A stretch of DNA of 64,000 bases, from positions 64,001-128,000 of the forward strand of contig CAVPLM010000003.1 in NCBI GenBank assembly GCA_963706025.1, in the 5' to 3' direction. The DNA is from an uncultured Actinomycetes bacterium (GTDB taxonomy: Bacteria > Actinomycetota > Thermoleophilia > RBG-16-64-13). The notes beneath the pieces are model-generated. The model was not told the DNA's origin. It ran no database searches and saw nothing but the letters and a program-made list of their open reading frames with translations. Below are positions 59,529-64,000 of the stretch, one piece after another (positions within the stretch are counted from its first letter, which is position 1; each line of letters begins with the position of its first letter). The position numbers were made by a program, and so were the translations under genes.

Positions 59529-60885
59529 CGAAGCCGGGAGCCGCAACAAGCGGCCATCCTCCCCGGCGCCATCAGCCTCGCGCCCACGACCGGCGCGCTC
59601 GGGCATAGTCGGACCGGCCGTCCGCACGCACGATTCGCCTCCGGCGCGGCGCCCCTCCTACACCGAGGGCGCCTCGCGGGTGGAACGCCCCTCGCGGGTG
59701 GAACGCCCCTCGGACACCGCGCATCCTCTGCAGGCCAAGAACTTGCCGGCGGCCGAAGACCAGCCCCCGATGACTTCACAGTCCCTCCTGGCCCTCTACC
59801 GGCCCGACCTCGTCCGAGTCCTCGCGGCAATGGATGTTCCCTCCTACCGCTACGCTCAGGTCTGCGAGCATCTCTTCCGGCGGCCGCTCCGTCGTTTTGC
59901 CGAGGCCACCGTGCTGCCGAGCCAGATGCGTGTAACCCTCGAGCCATTGGCCGCTTCCACTCTCACTCTGACCGAGACCCGCACATCGCCCGACATCACT
60001 ACGAAGTTCCTGCTCCGGGGCCAAGATGGTTCACACATCGAGACGGTGGTCATGCGCTACCCTCAGCGGGCCACCGTCTGCATCTCGAGCCAATGTGGAT
60101 GCCCGGTGGGATGCGGTTTCTGCGCCACGGGAGCAATGGGATTCCGTCGCAACCTCTCGGCGGCCGAAATAGTCGACCAGGTGCGCACGGCGGCGGCCCT
60201 GATGGAGAAGGAGGGCCGCCGCATCTCCAACCTCGTCTACATGGGGATGGGTGAGCCTCTTCTCAACCTGGGGCCGGTACTCGACTCCGTCCGCATACTG
60301 ACCCACCCTCGTGGGCAAGGACTTGCCCACCGAGGGTTGTCCGTCTCCACCATCGGCATCCCCCGCGGGATCCTTCGGCTCGCGCATGCTGAGCCGCAGG
60401 TCAACCTGGCCATCTCTCTGCACGCCGCCGACGATCACACCCGGGCCCTCTTGGTCCCCAAGAGCTACCGGCACACCGTGGCCGAAATCCTTGAGACCGC
60501 CTGGCAGCATTTCGACCTCACCCACCGCAAGTTGATGGTCGAATACGTCTTGCTAAGCGGCATCAACGACTCGACGGACCAGGCCCGTAAGCTGGTGGCT
60601 CTCCTCCGAGGACACGTGGTCACCGTGAATCTGATGGCATGGAACCCGACCTTTCAGCGTGGCGAGGGGTCTGCGCCATTGGTCGGGCCGCTCGTCGCCG
60701 ACACTTGTGCCTCCGCTCAGGCTTCACGGTTTCGACCTGCTACGCCCGCTGCCATCGCAGCCTTCAAGAACACCCTTCTCGCCGCGAACGTCGAGACGAT
60801 CCTTCGACACAGCAAAGGTGCCGGCATCCAAGCCGCCTGTGGGCAACTCGCCGGTTGCTACGCGCCACCTGCTGAGCAATCGTAG
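59515..60885 (+). CDS. rlmN: 23S rRNA A2503 C2-methyltransferase RlmN
   Basis: CISSQ.GCPVGCGFCATG, MGMGEP, ISLHA, AACGQL. Start uncertain (59515 or 59769); the N-terminal extension has an 18-bp tandem repeat at 59672-59712. Confidence 0.9.
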   Translation: MAKDSEAGSRNKRPSSPAPSASRPRPARSGIVGPAVRTHDSPPARRPSYTEGASRVERPSRVERPSDTAHPLQAKNLPAAEDQPPMTSQSLLALYRPDLVRVLAAMDVPSYRYAQVCEHLFRRPLRRFAEATVLPSQMRVTLEPLAASTLTLTETRTSPDITTKFLLRGQDGSHIETVVMRYPQRATVCISSQCGCPVGCGFCATGAMGFRRNLSAAEIVDQVRTAAALMEKEGRRISNLVYMGMGEPLLNLGPVLDSVRILTHPRGQGLAHRGLSVSTIGIPRGILRLAHAEPQVNLAISLHAADDHTRALLVPKSYRHTVAEILETAWQHFDLTHRKLMVEYVLLSGINDSTDQARKLVALLRGHVVTVNLMAWNPTFQRGEGSAPLVGPLVADTCASAQASRFRPATPAAIAAFKNTLLAANVETILRHSKGAGIQAACGQLAGCYAPPAEQS

Positions 60886-61069
60886 GAACAGCGTCGGCCA
60901 CGGCGCCGAGGTCGCAACAACGTGTGCTACTGCCTCGAACGACGGAAACGCAGGCCGAGACAAGTCGGTCAAGGTCGCGCTTATGGTAAGATGGTCAGAC
61001 CGGCACTCGCCTCCGCCGCGCCGACATAGCCGGCGGCCCGCGGCTGCGGCCGCCTGTTCCCAAGGGTCC

Positions 61070-61591
61070 TCAGTACTCGATGCCCTTTCGAGCGGGCACA
61101 CCTTGATCAAAAGCGTGCTTGAGACATCGCATCTCGGTAGCAGTATCCGCCGCCCCAATGATCTCCGGCCTGGCATCTCGCCCGGTGATTATGATCGATA
61201 GCCCGCTTGGTCGATCCGCTAGGAGAGTAAGCACTTCGTCTACCCCCACGTAGCCCTCCGCGATGGCGCAGTTCAACTCGTCGAGCACCACAAGGTCGTA
61301 GCGCCCCGATAGAGCGATCTCCTTCGATACCGCCCAGGCTTCCTTTGCCAACCTGCGTGGCTCAGAGGGGTCCTTGGCCAGCCAGGTGAAGCCCGAACCG
61401 ATGCGCGTCACCTCGATGTCGGAGCATGCTTCGACCGCTTTCACCTCACCGTAGTCCCATACCCCCTTGATGAATTGGACGATTGCCACCTTCAGGCCGT
61501 GACCCGACGCCCTCATCGCCGCACCGAAGGCCGCCGTCGTCTTCCCTTTCCCCTCGCCCGTGTATACGATGATCCTGCCTCTGCGCAGCAT
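61070..61591 (-). CDS. cobO: Cob(I)yrinic acid a,c-diamide adenosyltransferase
   Basis: YTGEGKGKTTAA.G, QFIKG...GE, GFTW, LDEL, TGR, KHAF..G..ARKGIEY. Confidence 0.93.
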   Translation of the reverse strand: MLRRGRIIVYTGEGKGKTTAAFGAAMRASGHGLKVAIVQFIKGVWDYGEVKAVEACSDIEVTRIGSGFTWLAKDPSEPRRLAKEAWAVSKEIALSGRYDLVVLDELNCAIAEGYVGVDEVLTLLADRPSGLSIIITGRDARPEIIGAADTATEMRCLKHAFDQGVPARKGIEY

Positions 61592-61794
61592 CAGGTCCCT
61601 TCTTTCGGTCACGGTGGGCCTGTCTACTTGGTTCTCGGTTTCCACATCGTGGGAGGTCTCCCGGCGACCCCGTCTGCCCCCCAGACTACAACGGATAGGA
61701 CTGTCGTTGTAGAGGTCGGAGGAAGAGCGGACGCTCACGAGGCGCGACCATCCGGGGTCTGGGCACACTACCGTTGAACGGGCAGGTGCTCGCT

Positions 61795-62184
61795 CTACGC
61801 GGGGGGCGAACCCTCCAACCCGACCCGTCGCCCCAGCCCGGAGATGCTCGGGATGCTCACGGAACCCGGTTCCGCCACCAAAGCCAGCATGACGTCTGGG
61901 GTGAACGGGGCGAGCACGACGGTCATCTTCTCGAACTCGACGGTCATGGTGTCCAGAAAGCCGGCTTGGACCTGCAGTCCAAACCGCTGCGCAGTAGCCA
62001 CGGTATCCATCACGAGCGCCGCGATGCCGGCTGCGTCCACCTGATCGCGCGCCACGCTGCTGATGGTGAGCCCCTGATCGGAGACGAGCATAGCGGCCCT
62101 CATCCCCGGGATTCGCAGGTACTCCCTCAGGGCCTGTTTCAAGGTGTCGATCCGAGCCGGGTCCTCAGCTCCCGCCATTATCAT
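61795..62184 (-). CDS. Roadblock/LC7 (MglB-like) protein
   Basis: IPGMRAAMLVSDQGLTI...IAAL...MTVEFEK. Confidence 0.8.
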   Translation of the reverse strand: MIMAGAEDPARIDTLKQALREYLRIPGMRAAMLVSDQGLTISSVARDQVDAAGIAALVMDTVATAQRFGLQVQAGFLDTMTVEFEKMTVVLAPFTPDVMLALVAEPGSVSIPSISGLGRRVGLEGSPPA

Positions 62185-62489
62185 CGCTCCTCTTCAAACC
62201 CGGCCCCAACCAATCGCGCGCGCACTGAGATGGCGGCTTTTTCGGCCTGCCCTCGTTCCGCATAGCGGATTCGCAGACCCTTGGGACGAGCGGCTATTTC
62301 CGAGACGAACATGTTGCTGCGTTCGGGCCCGGGATCCCCGCCTTGCACCAAGCCTCTCAGGGGCCACGACACCATAGTATCTCCGGTGAGGAACAGGTTG
62401 CTGGTCTCCGCCCGGGTCAAACGGACCGAGAGGACCATCTCCCATGCCCCGCTTGCCGGCTCAGGCTCTATCGTCAGACTGTATCCCAC
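62181..62489 (-). CDS. Hypothetical protein
   Basis: ATGA overlap with the roadblock gene; TCGACC-N17-TATGAT 6 nt before the GTG start. Confidence 0.7.
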   Translation of the reverse strand: MGYSLTIEPEPASGAWEMVLSVRLTRAETSNLFLTGDTMVSWPLRGLVQGGDPGPERSNMFVSEIAARPKGLRIRYAERGQAEKAAISVRARLVGAGFEEER

Positions 62490-62662
62490 AGGGCCATCAT
62501 ATCTCAGCGGGTCAAACTGGTCGACAGACGGTTCGACCCGGTCGGCACACGGGGTTCCTCGTAGGCAGGGCGGCAGCTCTCATCGGCGGAATGGCACCCC
62601 GTTTGCACAGGGTCTGCCCCTCTGCCGGCAGGGCCGCCCTCGCCCCGCTCCACGGCCACGCG

Positions 62663-63544
62663 TCAGCGAACCAAAGCGTACGTGATCGTAACCGTCGCGC
62701 TGATATCGAGATTGGCTGCGCTGACGGGGACCTCCGTCACCTTGCCGCCCCCACCGGCCTCTTGGGCATACATATCGCTGTACATGGGGACGATGGGCTG
62801 CTCTATGCCGCTCTCGGTCATCGTCACGACCTCTCCCACTTTGACTCCCTGTGCGCCGGCCAAAGCCTCCGCCTTACCCTGAGCATTGGCGACCGCCTTT
62901 TTCAGGGCTTCCGTCACGGCAGCGCTGTCCTCGGCCAATCTCCACACCGGGCCGGACACGTTGGTGACCCCCGCCTCTACGGAGGCCGCCAGCACTTTCC
63001 CCACGGCGAGGGCGTCCGTCAACGTGACTGTGATAGTGTTCTGAGCCCTGTATCCCGTGAGGCTTTCCTTGCCGGTCTGCGGATCGTAGGTGCGGACCGG
63101 ATACAGCGAGACGCTGGAGGTCTCGATGGCCGTGTCTTCCACTCCCTCGGCCTTGAGTCGCTCCATGACCTTCTTGGTAGCTTGAGAGTTTGCATCCAGG
63201 GCGCCACCCGGCTCCGGCGCTTCGCTCTCCACCGACAGAGTCAGAACCGCTTCGTCCGGAGCGGTCGTGACCGTGCCCCTGCCGCTGACGGTGATGGTGT
63301 TGGGAGCCCCTGCTGCGATCTGTGGTTGGCCCGTGACCATCGTCGCCTCCTCCGAGTCGTCCCCACACCCTGCCATCAACGCCACCGCAGAGACTGCCCC
63401 AACTAGCAACACCAAAGTGACCCATCGTGCCGGCCCACCGTCGAGCAGGCGGGTGTGCAGTCGGGAAGGGCGTCCGTGCTCCCTCGGTCCGAGACCCTCG
63501 TCAACCCGCCGCCGGTGCCCCTTCGAATCCGGACTCCCGCTCAT
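62663..63544 (-). CDS. SIMPL (DUF541) domain lipoprotein
   Basis: MAGC lipobox, TITVSGRG.V..APDEA, GYRAQN.I.V, AVANAQGKAEALA. Confidence 0.88.
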   Translation of the reverse strand: MSGSPDSKGHRRRVDEGLGPREHGRPSRLHTRLLDGGPARWVTLVLLVGAVSAVALMAGCGDDSEEATMVTGQPQIAAGAPNTITVSGRGTVTTAPDEAVLTLSVESEAPEPGGALDANSQATKKVMERLKAEGVEDTAIETSSVSLYPVRTYDPQTGKESLTGYRAQNTITVTLTDALAVGKVLAASVEAGVTNVSGPVWRLAEDSAAVTEALKKAVANAQGKAEALAGAQGVKVGEVVTMTESGIEQPIVPMYSDMYAQEAGGGGKVTEVPVSAANLDISATVTITYALVR

Positions 63545-63703
63545 GACCCACCCCTTTTCGCGTCGAACGCCCCGGTATTCATTCAGCGATCGTCCCACCA
63601 TGTGGTCGATCAACAATGCCTGAGACGAGAACCGTGTGGACCGCAGTTCCAGCCGAAGGCGCTCTGGCCAGGTCCGTACGAGTCATGTCCGCAAAGGCAG
63701 GCG

Positions 63704-64000
63704 TCAGGGATTCAGACGATCGACAAGGCCTTGAAGCTCGTCCGCGTCCTTGAAGGGTAGTTCGACCACTCCGCCTCCGCCCCTCATCCTGACCCGAGGA
63801 ATCACCCCAAGGGAGTTGAAGAAGGCCTCTCTGACTTCATCGACGATCTCCGGGTCCAGCAACGGACCGGCTGGGGCCGCCGGCGATCCCGCTCTCTCTG
63901 TCAAACGACGAACCTCTGCCTCGACCTGACGCACGGACATTCCTTTGCCTACCGCTCGGCGGGCGAGTTGCAGCTGCACTCCTCGCTCGTTCAGCCCCAG
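63704..64000 (-). CDS. parB: ParB/Spo0J partition protein, C-terminal part (5' end off the window)
   Basis: LGL....QLQLARRAV.KGMSVRQVE...G.VELPF.D.DEL. Confidence 0.8.
   Translation of the reverse strand: MGLNERGVQLQLARRAVGKGMSVRQVEAEVRRLTERAGSPAAPAGPLLDPEIVDEVREAFFNSLGVIPRVRMRGGGGVVELPFKDADELQGLVDRLNP

Noticed and set aside
61592-61794. Cobalamin riboswitch upstream of cobO
   Set aside because: No AGGGAA, GCCACTG or B12-box elements on the minus strand.

Overview
High-GC chromosomal window, most likely from an anaerobic actinobacterium. The taxonomy (Thermoleophilia-like) is an inference from the gene set and from frequent apparently leaderless starts. Content is mainly housekeeping and metabolic: a TetR-korA/B/G-bzdP/Q-type (class I benzoyl-CoA reductase-like) cluster divergent from citrate synthase; an amino-acid ABC transporter; an LprG/Rv1410c-like lipoprotein-MFS pair; yhaM; rarA; a fabZHDGF-accDA operon; a DEDDh-UvrC fusion; moeA; corA; a fumarase-sdhCDAB operon; trpS; trpB2; a GT4-GH57-GH57-DUF62-rlmN operon; cobO; and the end of parB. 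Two type II toxin-antitoxin modules and one 153-bp MITE are inserted. Many single-base frameshifts, one in accD, point to assembly error rather than pseudogenes. The strongest non-obvious signals are regulatory. (1) An unannotated FlgM-like ORF sits directly behind a consensus sigma28/WhiG-type promoter, and a second such promoter precedes an orphan membrane protein. (2) A degenerate RsbW-like anti-sigma sits behind a SigB/SigF-type promoter. (3) A terminator-containing leader RNA precedes a 61-aa HTH-like protein. (4) A catalytically degenerate M28-fold multipass protein has GPAA1-like architecture. No rRNA, tRNA or CRISPR array was seen.
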